A stretch of 64,000 nt of DNA from Longimicrobiales bacterium (GTDB lineage Bacteria; Gemmatimonadota; Gemmatimonadetes; Longimicrobiales; Gaopeijiaceae). Under the pieces are notes generated by a model that saw nothing but the letters and a program-made list of their open reading frames with translations, was not told the DNA's origin and did no database searches. The DNA lies in assembly GCA_963422615.1 (NCBI GenBank), contig OY730414.1:1658302-1722301 (forward strand), read 5' to 3'. Position 1 is the first letter of the stretch. Every line of letters begins with the position of its first letter. This document shows, piece after piece, positions 27,670 through 37,289 of the stretch. The position numbers and the translations under genes are program-made.

Positions 27670-29464
27670 GGGCAGAGCCTTGCTCAGCGTGTCCGATAAG
27701 ACGGGGATCGCGGCCTTTGGGGGAGCCCTGGCAAAGCGGGGCTGGGAGGTCCTTTCCACCGGAGGCACGGCGAGGGCTCTGGAGGAGGCGGGCGTCCGGG
27801 TCACGGAAGTCGCCCGGACGACGGGTCACTCGGAGATGATGGACGGCCGGGTCAAGACCCTCCATCCCGCCATTCACGCCGGGATTCTCGCGCGCCGGGA
27901 CCACCCAGGAGACATGGAGGAGCTGGCCCGCCGGGGCTACGGTCCCATCGACCTGGTGGCCGTCAACCTGTATCCCTTTCCCCATGGGGAACCTTGGCTC
28001 GGCAAGGCCGGTGGCGGACGCGTGGACACTGTGGCGACATCCGGCGCTACGCCGGAGCTGGCCATGGCGGATGTGGACATCGGGGGCCCGACGCTCCTTC
28101 GAGCCGCTGCCAAGAACCATTTCTGGGTGTGGGTGGTGGTGGATCCGGGAGACTACGACGACGTTCTGCACGTGCTCTCCACGGGTATCAACGAAGAAAC
28201 AAGGGCGCTCTTCCGGCGGCGACTTGCTGCCAAGGCGTTCCGGAAGGTCTCTTGCTACGACCGGGCCGTGGCGACCTATCTCGCCGGAACGAATCAATCC
28301 GGGGAAGCAGCAGCCGAGCCCGGGAGAGCCCCAGCGGGGGGGGAGTCCTTGCTGGCGGTGGGGGAGCGGACGGCGGCTTGGATAGTAGACGGGAATACAA
28401 CGGCCGAAGCTGTCTTGCGGTTTCCGCGTCGTCGTCGCCTTCGGTATGGAGAGAACCCGGGTCAGTCCGCGGTCTTCTGCACGCCGGCGGGCAAACGCCA
28501 AGGAGTGGCGGCCCTTGTGCAGCACCACGGCAGGGAACTCTCCTACAACAACATTCTGGACCTTGACGGTGCCCTCCTGACCCTGGCGCCCTTTGCATTC
28601 GTTCCGGAGGCCGCCGCATGCCTTGTCAAGCATACGACGCCTTGCGGCCTGGCCGTGCGACCCTCGCTCCCCGCGGCTTTCGAGCGAGCTCGGGATACCG
28701 ACCCGGCCTCGGCGTTCGGTTCGGTCGTTGCCGTGAACCGTCCTGTCTGCCGGGGCACCGCTGCGAAGATCGGGTCCATGTTCGTGGAGTGCGTTGCAGC
28801 CCCCGGCTTCTCCGCCGGGGCACGAGAGATCCTCACTCGAAAGAAACACCTCCGCCTCCTGACCTTCCCCGCAGACGAAGAGACCCACCCCCGGGAGCAC
28901 AAGGGCACAGATTGGTGGCACGGGGCGGGGGACGTTGCCCGAGCAGGCGCCCGTTTTCTGGCGGCCTATACGGCCTTGCCCGAGGGTGTGGCCCTGCGTT
29001 CTGTCTATGGGGGGGTGTTGGCCCAGGCGCTCCCGGCTCCAGGTTTCTTCGGCCTGGATGATCCGACCTGGGAGGTGGTTACGGAAAGACGGCCGACCGT
29101 CCAGGAGTGGAACGACCTTTCCTTTGCGTGGGCCGCCGTTGCCGGGGTGAAGTCCAACGCCATCGTCTTGGCCAAGGAGAGCGCCACGGTAGGGATTGGC
29201 ACCGGCCAGACGAGCAGGGTGGATTCGGCCAAAATCGCGATCCGAAAAGCTCGGGAAGCCGGCCTGGCAGGGACTCTGAAAGGGGCGTCTCTCGCGTCGG
29301 ACGCTTTCTTTCCCTTCCGCGACGGTGTGGAGGTTGTCGCGCGGGCCGGCGTGCGTGCGATCGTCCAGCCGGGCGGCTCGGTGCGGGACAGGGAGGTGGT
29401 TGCCGCCGCCGAGGGACACGGGATCGCCATGGTGTTTACCGGCACGAGGTGCTTCCGCCACTGA
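27662..29464 (+). CDS. purH: Bifunctional AICAR transformylase / IMP cyclohydrolase
   Basis: ALLSVSDKTG, STGGT, GRVKTLHP, DIGGPTLLRAAAKN, LRYGENPGQ, LSYNN, VKSNAI, ASDAFFPF.D, QPGGS.RD. Confidence 0.96.
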   Translation: MIRGRALLSVSDKTGIAAFGGALAKRGWEVLSTGGTARALEEAGVRVTEVARTTGHSEMMDGRVKTLHPAIHAGILARRDHPGDMEELARRGYGPIDLVAVNLYPFPHGEPWLGKAGGGRVDTVATSGATPELAMADVDIGGPTLLRAAAKNHFWVWVVVDPGDYDDVLHVLSTGINEETRALFRRRLAAKAFRKVSCYDRAVATYLAGTNQSGEAAAEPGRAPAGGESLLAVGERTAAWIVDGNTTAEAVLRFPRRRRLRYGENPGQSAVFCTPAGKRQGVAALVQHHGRELSYNNILDLDGALLTLAPFAFVPEAAACLVKHTTPCGLAVRPSLPAAFERARDTDPASAFGSVVAVNRPVCRGTAAKIGSMFVECVAAPGFSAGAREILTRKKHLRLLTFPADEETHPREHKGTDWWHGAGDVARAGARFLAAYTALPEGVALRSVYGGVLAQALPAPGFFGLDDPTWEVVTERRPTVQEWNDLSFAWAAVAGVKSNAIVLAKESATVGIGTGQTSRVDSAKIAIRKAREAGLAGTLKGASLASDAFFPFRDGVEVVARAGVRAIVQPGGSVRDREVVAAAEGHGIAMVFTGTRCFRH

Positions 29465-29629
29465 AGACCTTACCCATCGGTTCCCGGGGGAGCGCGGACG
29501 TCCGCCATGGGGAGGTCCTTCCCTTCCGTGCCCTCGGTTTCGCATGTGCTGGGGTGGGTTCCCGAGGTCCGCTTCAAGCCACGGTCCCCTTGAAGCGACC
29601 TGGCCGAGACCCCACCTTATCGCAGCTCG

Positions 29630-29714
29630 GGAGGGGTGGCAGAGCGGCTCAATGCACCGGTCTTGAAAACCGGCGTCCGACAAGGACACGCGGGTTCGAA
29701 TCCCGCCCCCTCCG
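29630..29714 (+). tRNA. tRNA-Ser (anticodon TGA)
   Basis: Acceptor stem GGAGGGG/CCCCTCC, anticodon arm CCGGT-CTTGAAA-ACCGG, long variable arm, T-loop GGTTCGAATCC, discriminator G. CCA not encoded. Confidence 0.95.
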
Positions 29715-29826
29715 CTTGGGCGGAGGCCCTCCGGGGTCGCACACGGGGTTTCTCGGTCCGTCCATCCGTATCCGGGTAACTTCCCGGAATCGCACGATCC
29801 GAACCGCAGCGCGAAGGCGGAGATCC

Positions 29827-31107
29827 TTGGCCAGGAAGACGCTCGAGGTTGACATAGGTGGCGTGAAGGTGGGCGGCGAGAACCCCGTCGTCGTCCAGTC
29901 CATGACCAACACCGACACCGCCGACCCGGCGGCGACGGCCGCCCAGGTGAAAGCCCTGGCGGATGCGGGCAGCGAGCTGGTCCGGGTTACCGTGAACAAC
30001 AAGCAGGCCACCCAGGCGGTGCCGGAGCTGTTCCAGCGCCTCGCCGACTTGGGCTGTTCCGTGCCCGTCGTCGGGGACTTCCACTACAACGGCCACATCC
30101 TTCTCCGGGACTATCCCCGAGCGGCGGCGCTGCTGGGGAAATACCGAATCAACCCTGGGAACGTGGGAACGAGCCGTCGTGACAAGAATTTCCAGACGAT
30201 CGTCCGCATCGCCATGGACCACGGAAAGGCCATCCGCATCGGCGTGAACTGGGGCTCCCTGGACCAGAGGCTCTTGACCGAGCTGATGGACAGGAACGCC
30301 AAGCGGGCCGACCCGAAGGATGCCGGCCAAGTGCTGCGGGACACCATCGTGGAGAGCGCGGTCCGATCGGCCGACCTGGCCGTGGAAACCGGTCTCGCCC
30401 CCGACAGGATCGTTCTAAGCGCCAAGGTGTCGGGGGTTCGAGATCTGATCGCCGTCTACCGACAGCTCGCTCCCCGGCGGGAGCACGCCCTCCATCTGGG
30501 CCTCACGGAGGCGGGGATGGGTTCCAGGGGGGTCATCGCGACGGCGACGGCCCTGGCCCCCCTTCTGATCGAGGGCATCGGAGACACGATTCGGGTCTCC
30601 CTCACGCCCCGTCCCGGCGGGGACAGGACCGAGGAGGTTCGAGTCGCCCAGCAGATCCTCCAGGCCCTCGAGATCCGGAGCTTCGAACCCCGGGTGACGG
30701 CCTGTCCAGGGTGTGGTCGCACTTCGAGCACATTCTTTCAGGAAATGACGGAAGACATTCAGAGCTACATTCGAATGCGGATGCCCGAATGGAAGCAACG
30801 GTTCCCCGGCGTAGAGGAACTCAACATTGCGGTGATGGGATGCGTGGTGAACGGACCTGGTGAGTCCAAGCATGCCCACCTGGGGATTTCCCTCCCCGGC
30901 AACTTTGAGGAACCCAAGGCCCCCGTATACGCCGACGGAGCCCACCTCCGGACGCTGAAGGGCAAAGGAATCGTGGAGCAGTTCAAGAGGATCCTGGACG
31001 ACTATGTGGTTCGCAAATTCGGTCCCGGAGCGGTGGTGTCAGAACGCGTAGAGAGGGACGCATCCCTCTCCGACGTATCCGCCGGGTCCGGGATTTCGCG
31101 TCCGTGA
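29827..31107 (+). CDS. ispG: (E)-4-hydroxy-3-methylbut-2-enyl-diphosphate synthase
   Basis: VVVQSMTNTDT, DFHYNGH, RINPGN, RIGVNWGSL, LHLGLTEAG, GDTIRVSLT, ACPGCGRT, VMGCVVNGPGE. TTG start inferred. Confidence 0.95.
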   Translation: MARKTLEVDIGGVKVGGENPVVVQSMTNTDTADPAATAAQVKALADAGSELVRVTVNNKQATQAVPELFQRLADLGCSVPVVGDFHYNGHILLRDYPRAAALLGKYRINPGNVGTSRRDKNFQTIVRIAMDHGKAIRIGVNWGSLDQRLLTELMDRNAKRADPKDAGQVLRDTIVESAVRSADLAVETGLAPDRIVLSAKVSGVRDLIAVYRQLAPRREHALHLGLTEAGMGSRGVIATATALAPLLIEGIGDTIRVSLTPRPGGDRTEEVRVAQQILQALEIRSFEPRVTACPGCGRTSSTFFQEMTEDIQSYIRMRMPEWKQRFPGVEELNIAVMGCVVNGPGESKHAHLGISLPGNFEEPKAPVYADGAHLRTLKGKGIVEQFKRILDDYVVRKFGPGAVVSERVERDASLSDVSAGSGISRP

Positions 31108-31329
31108 AGCGGAGCCGCTCGCATGGAAGCGCCGGTTTCCGGTCGGAGGGAAGGATTCGGGACAACCCGGTGACGGGCGCAAAGTTTCATGGAACCTCGA
31201 GACGACTTTGAGGTACTGGTGAGGAGACGGGTCAGGCGGTACCTACAAGGTGGGTTGCGACAGGGGTCGCAAGGGGGCTAGGGGGAGGCGAGAAGCATGG
31301 TTTTGGATTAGAACTTTCTTCAGGAGAGC

Positions 31330-32505
31330 ATGTGGCCTATGGCGTATTCCCGGTCTACGCTTCGAATACTTACCGTTGTCATTCTTATTGCGGGGTTCGC
31401 CGCAGCCATTTACTGGCGCATTCGTCCGGACACCGAAGATGGCCAGGAGGAGGCCCCTTCGGCCGAAGAGGCTCAGGTGGTCCAATCGGTTCAGGAGCAG
31501 TTCAACACCGAAGTTCCCCAGCCTGTGACCGGCGCAGTCGTCGTGCGGGATACGCTTAGAATTTCCGTGACCGCCGAAGGCAGGGCAGAGCCGTTCCGGA
31601 CGGTCCAGCTTACGGCCCGGGCGTCGGGGATCGTGGCATCGGTTTTCGTTCGGGAAAACCAAGCCGTGGGTGGAGGCAACCTCCTCGTCCAAATCGACTC
31701 CACGGAGTACGCCTTGTTGGTGGCGGCCAAAGCCGCGGCACTTCTGAAGGCAGAAGCCGACTATCAAGCCCTGGTTCTGTTCGACGAAGAGATGGAGGAC
31801 GAGACGGCGCGGACCCGGCGCGATCGCTTTGCCCGCTCGGCGACGGGGTTGGACCAAGCGGAAGTGGAACACCGGCAAGCCCTGCTGAACCTGGCAAAGA
31901 CCTCGGTAAAGGCGCCATTCGGCGGCCGGATCGCCAACCTGCAAGTTGTGCCGGGCCAGTTTGTCCGGGAGGGCGACGAACTTCTGACCCTTGTGGATCT
32001 GGACCCCATCAAGGTTGAGGTTCAGGTGTTGGGAACCGAGGTCGTGTACTTGGATGAAGGGCGAGCCGCCAAGCTGAACTTCACGGCCTTTCCGGATCGC
32101 ACCTTTGTCGGCCGCATCGAGACCATGAACCCCGTGGTTGACGAGAACACCCGTACCGCCCGGGTGACGGTTCACATCCCCAACCCGCAGGGCCGGGTCA
32201 AGCCGGGCATGTACGCCGAAGCCGATCTCGAAGCGCAGCACTTCCCGGGTCGGATTCTTGTTCCCAGATCCGCGATTCTGGAGCGAGGGGACCGGCGCCC
32301 CATGCTCTTCGTCTTCGAGGACGGCAGGGCCCAATGGCGGTATGTCACCCCGGGCTTGGAGAACGATACCCACGTCGAGCTTCTGGAGGGGGACGAGGAT
32401 TGGGTGGAGCCGGGGGAAATCGTTCTGGTGGACGGGCACCACTACCTGACCCACGACGCGGCGGTGGAATTGATCGACGACTCGGTGGGCGGGGGTGGCC
32501 GATGA
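31330..32505 (+). CDS. RND efflux periplasmic adaptor (membrane fusion protein)
   Basis: N-terminal TM, G.LLVQID, APFGG.I......GQFV..G, PVVDE.TRT.RV, KPGMYA, VPRSAI. Confidence 0.92.
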   Translation: MWPMAYSRSTLRILTVVILIAGFAAAIYWRIRPDTEDGQEEAPSAEEAQVVQSVQEQFNTEVPQPVTGAVVVRDTLRISVTAEGRAEPFRTVQLTARASGIVASVFVRENQAVGGGNLLVQIDSTEYALLVAAKAAALLKAEADYQALVLFDEEMEDETARTRRDRFARSATGLDQAEVEHRQALLNLAKTSVKAPFGGRIANLQVVPGQFVREGDELLTLVDLDPIKVEVQVLGTEVVYLDEGRAAKLNFTAFPDRTFVGRIETMNPVVDENTRTARVTVHIPNPQGRVKPGMYAEADLEAQHFPGRILVPRSAILERGDRRPMLFVFEDGRAQWRYVTPGLENDTHVELLEGDEDWVEPGEIVLVDGHHYLTHDAAVELIDDSVGGGGR

Positions 32506-33953
32506 CGACCCGAAACGGCCTTGGCCGCCAAGTCGTCGGAGCCCAAGTCCCCCTTCTGGGACTTGCGCTCCCACTGCTGGCGTCGGCCATCCTGATTGAA
32601 ACGGGATCCGTTGCGGCGATCCAGCAGGACCAGGAAGTCACCATTCTAACCCTAGGCGATGCCCTTGAGCGGGCGGCCCTGCACAACCCCCAGTACAGGC
32701 AAGTCGTCAATCAGCTGGAGCTGGCAGGTCCCGCGGAACGAGAAGCCTGGGGAGCGTTCCTTCCCGATCTCCGTTTCAGCTACGGGACCACCCAGAGCTT
32801 CAGCAGACAGGAGACGGCCGTCGACTTCTTCGGCGAATCCATCGCGAACCCCTCGGTGGAAACCCGGGTGTCGTCCTACGCGAACCAGGCGGTTTCGGCA
32901 AGCCTGGACCTTTTCAGAGGAGGAAGCAGATTCCACGCCTTGGGTGAAGCCAGGGCGCAAGCCCGGGTCAACCGCCGAATTGGGGAAAGGGAGCTGAACC
33001 GAGTATCGGCGGAGGTTCTTCGCCAGTTCCTGGCGGTCCAGCGCCAGAAAGCCCGCTTGGCGGTAGAGCTGGAGCTTGTCGCAGCCCGGGAACGGGACGT
33101 TGAGGTGATCCAGAGGCGTTTCGAGCTTGCTTCCGTGGGTCGTTCCGACCTCCTTGCCACCGAGCTGGAGCTGGACGCCCAGCGAATGGCGGTGACTCGG
33201 GCTCAAGGGGATTTTGCCAAAGGCCTGCTGGCTCTGAAGAAGGTCATCGGAGACCCGGGTCTGGGCCCCATCAATGTGGAAGAGCAGGAGCCTGAACCCT
33301 TCGACCCGGAGACGCTGGATGTGAACGCTTTGGTTCTCAGGGCGATCCGGGAGAACCCCCGGGTGGGGGAAGCGGAGGCATCCCTGGCTTTGCGGCAGGC
33401 GGGGCTCAGGGCTCAACAGTCCCGTCGCTGGCCGTCTCTGTCGATTAGCACCGGCGTGACTCGGGGTTCATACGGGAGGGACCAGAAAGCCCTCTTCGAC
33501 CTGAACCCGGGTGACCTCAGCGGCAGTGTGTCGATGAGCATCTCGATTCCCGTCTTCACGCGCTTCGAGACGACGCGAGCCATTGGCGAGGCCCGCATAC
33601 AGGTGCGGAACGCGGCAGAAGTCATTCGCCAGACCGAGTTGGAACTGCGAGAGGAAATCGGGGCCCGGTACGTCGACCTACAGACCGCGTGGGCCGGCGT
33701 TCGGGAGCGGTCGAGGCGTCGGGAGTTCGCCGACGAACGGCTGCGCATCGTTCGGGAAGAGTACCGCTTGGCGACCAAGAGCATCGAGGACCTCCAGGCC
33801 GCGATCCGGGAGCAGGCGTCGGCACTCCGCGACGCGGAGGACCAGCGGTACGAGTTCGCCACTGCGCTCGTGGGGCTGTACGAAGCGGCGGGCTTCGTCT
33901 CCATCGGGGGTCCAACCCTGGGAAACATCTCCACCGACCCGGAACGAGACTGA
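32502..33953 (+). CDS. TolC-family outer membrane efflux protein
   Basis: LTL..AL..A..HNP, AFLP, LF.GG, SIPVF..F and a helical OEP repeat pattern. Located in the RND operon. Confidence 0.88.
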   Translation: MTTRNGLGRQVVGAQVPLLGLALPLLASAILIETGSVAAIQQDQEVTILTLGDALERAALHNPQYRQVVNQLELAGPAEREAWGAFLPDLRFSYGTTQSFSRQETAVDFFGESIANPSVETRVSSYANQAVSASLDLFRGGSRFHALGEARAQARVNRRIGERELNRVSAEVLRQFLAVQRQKARLAVELELVAARERDVEVIQRRFELASVGRSDLLATELELDAQRMAVTRAQGDFAKGLLALKKVIGDPGLGPINVEEQEPEPFDPETLDVNALVLRAIRENPRVGEAEASLALRQAGLRAQQSRRWPSLSISTGVTRGSYGRDQKALFDLNPGDLSGSVSMSISIPVFTRFETTRAIGEARIQVRNAAEVIRQTELELREEIGARYVDLQTAWAGVRERSRRREFADERLRIVREEYRLATKSIEDLQAAIREQASALRDAEDQRYEFATALVGLYEAAGFVSIGGPTLGNISTDPERD

Positions 33954-33956
33954 CCC

Positions 33957-36900
33957 ATGTCAGTACCCCGAACCTCCATTCGTCGTCCCGTTGCCGTCGC
34001 CATGCTCGTGTTGGCCGTCGTGCTCCTGGGCGCAATCTCGTACGTGCGCCTTCCGATCGACCTCCTTCCCGACGTGAGCTTCCCCCGGCTGGTGATTCAC
34101 ACGGGATATCCGGATGTAGCGCCGGCCGAAGTCGAACGGCTGATCACGGAGCGGGTGGAGCCCCAGGCGGCTGCGGTGCCGGGAGTGGAAAAGGTGACTT
34201 CCGTTTCCCAGGAGGGGGTGAGTCTCGTCACCCTGCGCTTCGCCTGGGGTACGGACATGGACTTCGCAAGCCTGAATGTTCGGGAGCGCTTGGACAACAT
34301 TCGGGAGCAGCTTCCCGAGACCTCCCAGCGCCCCACCATCCTCAGGGTCGATCCCCAGGCCGAGCCGATTCTCACGGTTTCCCTCACAGGTGGGCGAGAC
34401 CTGTGGCAGAACAAGGAAATCGCAGAGACCGTCTTTCGCCGTCGCCTGGAGCAGCTGGACGGGGTCGCTCAAGCGTCGGTGACCGGGGGGCTTGACCGCG
34501 AAATCCACGTGGACGTGGACCCGGCGAAGTTGGAAGCGTACGACATCACCCTAGAGGAGGTGTCCACGGCCCTGGGGCAGGCCAACTACTCCGCGCCCGG
34601 CGGGACGATTCTTCGGGGACGCTACCGCTATCCCCTCCGCACCCTGGGGGAGTTCCAGACCGTCGCCGAAATCGGCGATGTCGTTGTGAGCGGGCAAGAT
34701 CCGGCAGTCCCAGGGCCGTCCGCTGGGGCCGGACAGGGGGAAGAAACCGAATCCCAGTACCGATTGGTCCGCCTCTCGGACATCGCCGCGGTGGTGGATG
34801 GCTTCGCCGAACGGGAAGCCATTGCCCGCTACGACGGATCCGAGGCCGTGGGGCTTCTGGTCTTCAAGGAAGCGGGTGCCAACACGGTTGCGGTGTCCGA
34901 GTCCGTCGAAGAGACCCTGGGGCTCCTCCGGGAGCAGTACCCCGAATTCACGGTTGAGATCGCGTCCAACCAGGCGACCTTCATCGCCGATTCCATCAGC
35001 AACGTGATCCAGGCCCTGATCCTGGGCGGGGTCTTGGCCTTCGTGGTCCTCTTCTTCTTTCTTCGCGACCCCCGCTACCCCGTCGCCGTGGCCCTTGCGA
35101 TTCCCATTTCGGTGATCGCCACCTTCGCGCTGATGGACGCGTTCGGCGTGTCGCTGAACATCATGAGCCTGGGAGGGCTCGCGCTGGGGGTCGGGATGCT
35201 GGTGGATAATTCGATCATCGTCCTCGAAAATGTCTTCCGGCACCGGGAATCGGGTGTCGAGGCCCATGAAGCCGCCGCGAAGGGCGCGGAAGAGGTCCAG
35301 GGCGCCATCACGGCCTCTACCCTCACGACCATCTCCGTGTTCGGCCCCATCATCTATGTGGAGGGCGTGGCGGGTGAGCTATTCGGCTCTCTTTCCCTTG
35401 CGGTGGCTTTCTCGCTCCTGGCGAGCCTGGCGGTGGCCATCACCCTTCTTCCCACCATGGCAGGCCACTTCACCGGAAGGGGTGCCAGATCCGAGGACAG
35501 ACCGGACGACCGACTGCTCTGGCCCTCGTCTTTCCGGATCCGGGCGGTTCGGATCTTGGCCTGGATCCCCTACTTTCCGTTCTGGCTTCTGGGCACCATC
35601 GTCTCCGCAGGGCGCCAGCTGCTGGTCTTCTGGGCAGGGTTGGCGGGCCGGGTCCTGATCGCGACGCTTTCCCCGTTTTTTCGAGTGTTCGACCGGGGCT
35701 TCCGCGTCTTTGCCGCTTGGTACCACGACAAGCTAGCCCTGGCGCTGGACCGGCGGGGTGCGGTCATTATTGCCGCCGCCAGCGCCCTCGGGGGTTCTGT
35801 CCTCCTGGCCCTCGCCTTGGATCGGGATCTCCTTCCCGATGTGGACCAAGGGGCTTTTGATGTCCGCATCGAACTCCCCGAGGGGATCTCCCTCGAGGCG
35901 ACCGCCGAAGCCGCGACGGCTGTCGAGCGCCTTCTCCTTGACGACCCCGAGGTGGCCGCCGTCTTCAGTCGTGTCGGCAGAGACGTGCAGGCCCGGGGTA
36001 GCGAAAGGGAGGCGTCCGGGGTCAATACGGCGTTGCTCCAGGTCCGTCTGGAGGATGGGGCCGTCACGGACCGGGTGATCGGCCGGGCCCGGGAGATGAC
36101 GCGCAATTTTCCTTCCGGAGCGCTTTCCTTCGAGACCGGTCAGGCCACGGCCCTGGGTCAGATTCTGGGGGGTTCCGAATCGGATATCTCCGTCCGCGTG
36201 CGGAGCGAAGACTTGGACGGGGCCTACCGCTATGCGGAAGAGGTTCAGAGCCGGCTCTCCCGGTTGTCGGGGATCCAGAATGTTCGCATTGGTTCCGAGA
36301 GGGGTCAGCCCCAGTACCAGGTCACCATCGACCGGGAGGCCGTGGCTCGGTACAACCTGGATCCGCGGCGGGTGGCGGAGACCATCTCGACCGCCATGCG
36401 GGGGGACTTGGCCACGGAATTCGTGGATTTTGACCGCAAGATCGCCGTCATGGTGCGTCTCCCGGACCTGTTGCGCTACGACGCCGGGACCCTGGATGTC
36501 CTACAGATCTCGGGAATCCCCCTTCGGGAACTGGTTTCCGTTCGGGAAACGGTGGGTCCGGCGGAGATCCGACGGGAGGACCAGGGCCGGGTTGTCACCG
36601 TCTATGCCGACGTCGCATCGGGGGGTTTGGCGGAGGCCGTCGTCGCAATCGAGGCGGCCATGGCCGAGTTGCCGCCCCCCCCGGGAGTGCGAATGGAAGT
36701 GGGAGGCGAGAACGAGGAAATGCGGCGCTCCTTCCGGGATCTCGCCTTCGCATTTGCCCTTGCGCTGCTCCTGGTCTACATGATTCTGGCGGCCCAGTTC
36801 GAGTCCTTCATCCACCCCTTCACGATCTTGATGGCGGTACCCCTGGCGGTAACGGGGGCGGTACTGGCCCTGGTCATCGCGGGGCAGGGACTGAACACGA

Positions 36901-37289
36901 TGAGCCTGATCGGAGTGGTGATCCTGGTGGGAATTGTCGTCAACGACGCCATTGTCAAGGTGGACTTCATCAACCAGGCCCGGGCCCGGGGAAGGAGCCT
37001 CCGCGACGCGATCCTGAGGGCGGGCGAAGTTCGGCTCCGGCCCATCGTCATGACTACGGTCACCACGGTGCTGGGACTTCTTCCCATGGCCCTGGGAATC
37101 GGGCGCGGCGCCGACCTGCGGGCGCCGATGGCCGTGGCGGTGATCGGGGGACTCATCGTCGCCACCGCCCTCACCCTGGTCGTCGTTCCCGTCGTCTACT
37201 CTTTGGCCGAGGACTTCCGTGTGTTCCTGCGCCGTCGTTTCGGGGCAGCCGGGGTGCCTGCCGATTCCCGTTCGGGAATCGCCTCATGA
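33957..37289 (+). CDS. RND efflux permease subunit 1 (AcrB/SwrC-like)
   Basis: RRPVAV.M, LPIDLLPD...P, GMLVDNSIIVLEN, AQFESF..P, GIVVNDAI, RLRPIVMT. Confidence 0.95.
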   Translation: MSVPRTSIRRPVAVAMLVLAVVLLGAISYVRLPIDLLPDVSFPRLVIHTGYPDVAPAEVERLITERVEPQAAAVPGVEKVTSVSQEGVSLVTLRFAWGTDMDFASLNVRERLDNIREQLPETSQRPTILRVDPQAEPILTVSLTGGRDLWQNKEIAETVFRRRLEQLDGVAQASVTGGLDREIHVDVDPAKLEAYDITLEEVSTALGQANYSAPGGTILRGRYRYPLRTLGEFQTVAEIGDVVVSGQDPAVPGPSAGAGQGEETESQYRLVRLSDIAAVVDGFAEREAIARYDGSEAVGLLVFKEAGANTVAVSESVEETLGLLREQYPEFTVEIASNQATFIADSISNVIQALILGGVLAFVVLFFFLRDPRYPVAVALAIPISVIATFALMDAFGVSLNIMSLGGLALGVGMLVDNSIIVLENVFRHRESGVEAHEAAAKGAEEVQGAITASTLTTISVFGPIIYVEGVAGELFGSLSLAVAFSLLASLAVAITLLPTMAGHFTGRGARSEDRPDDRLLWPSSFRIRAVRILAWIPYFPFWLLGTIVSAGRQLLVFWAGLAGRVLIATLSPFFRVFDRGFRVFAAWYHDKLALALDRRGAVIIAAASALGGSVLLALALDRDLLPDVDQGAFDVRIELPEGISLEATAEAATAVERLLLDDPEVAAVFSRVGRDVQARGSEREASGVNTALLQVRLEDGAVTDRVIGRAREMTRNFPSGALSFETGQATALGQILGGSESDISVRVRSEDLDGAYRYAEEVQSRLSRLSGIQNVRIGSERGQPQYQVTIDREAVARYNLDPRRVAETISTAMRGDLATEFVDFDRKIAVMVRLPDLLRYDAGTLDVLQISGIPLRELVSVRETVGPAEIRREDQGRVVTVYADVASGGLAEAVVAIEAAMAELPPPPGVRMEVGGENEEMRRSFRDLAFAFALALLLVYMILAAQFESFIHPFTILMAVPLAVTGAVLALVIAGQGLNTMSLIGVVILVGIVVNDAIVKVDFINQARARGRSLRDAILRAGEVRLRPIVMTTVTTVLGLLPMALGIGRGADLRAPMAVAVIGGLIVATALTLVVVPVVYSLAEDFRVFLRRRFGAAGVPADSRSGIAS

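Noticed and set aside
29107..29826. Long N-terminal extension of IspG in the ORF track
   Set aside because: It overlaps purH and tRNA-Ser. Homology starts near 29827.
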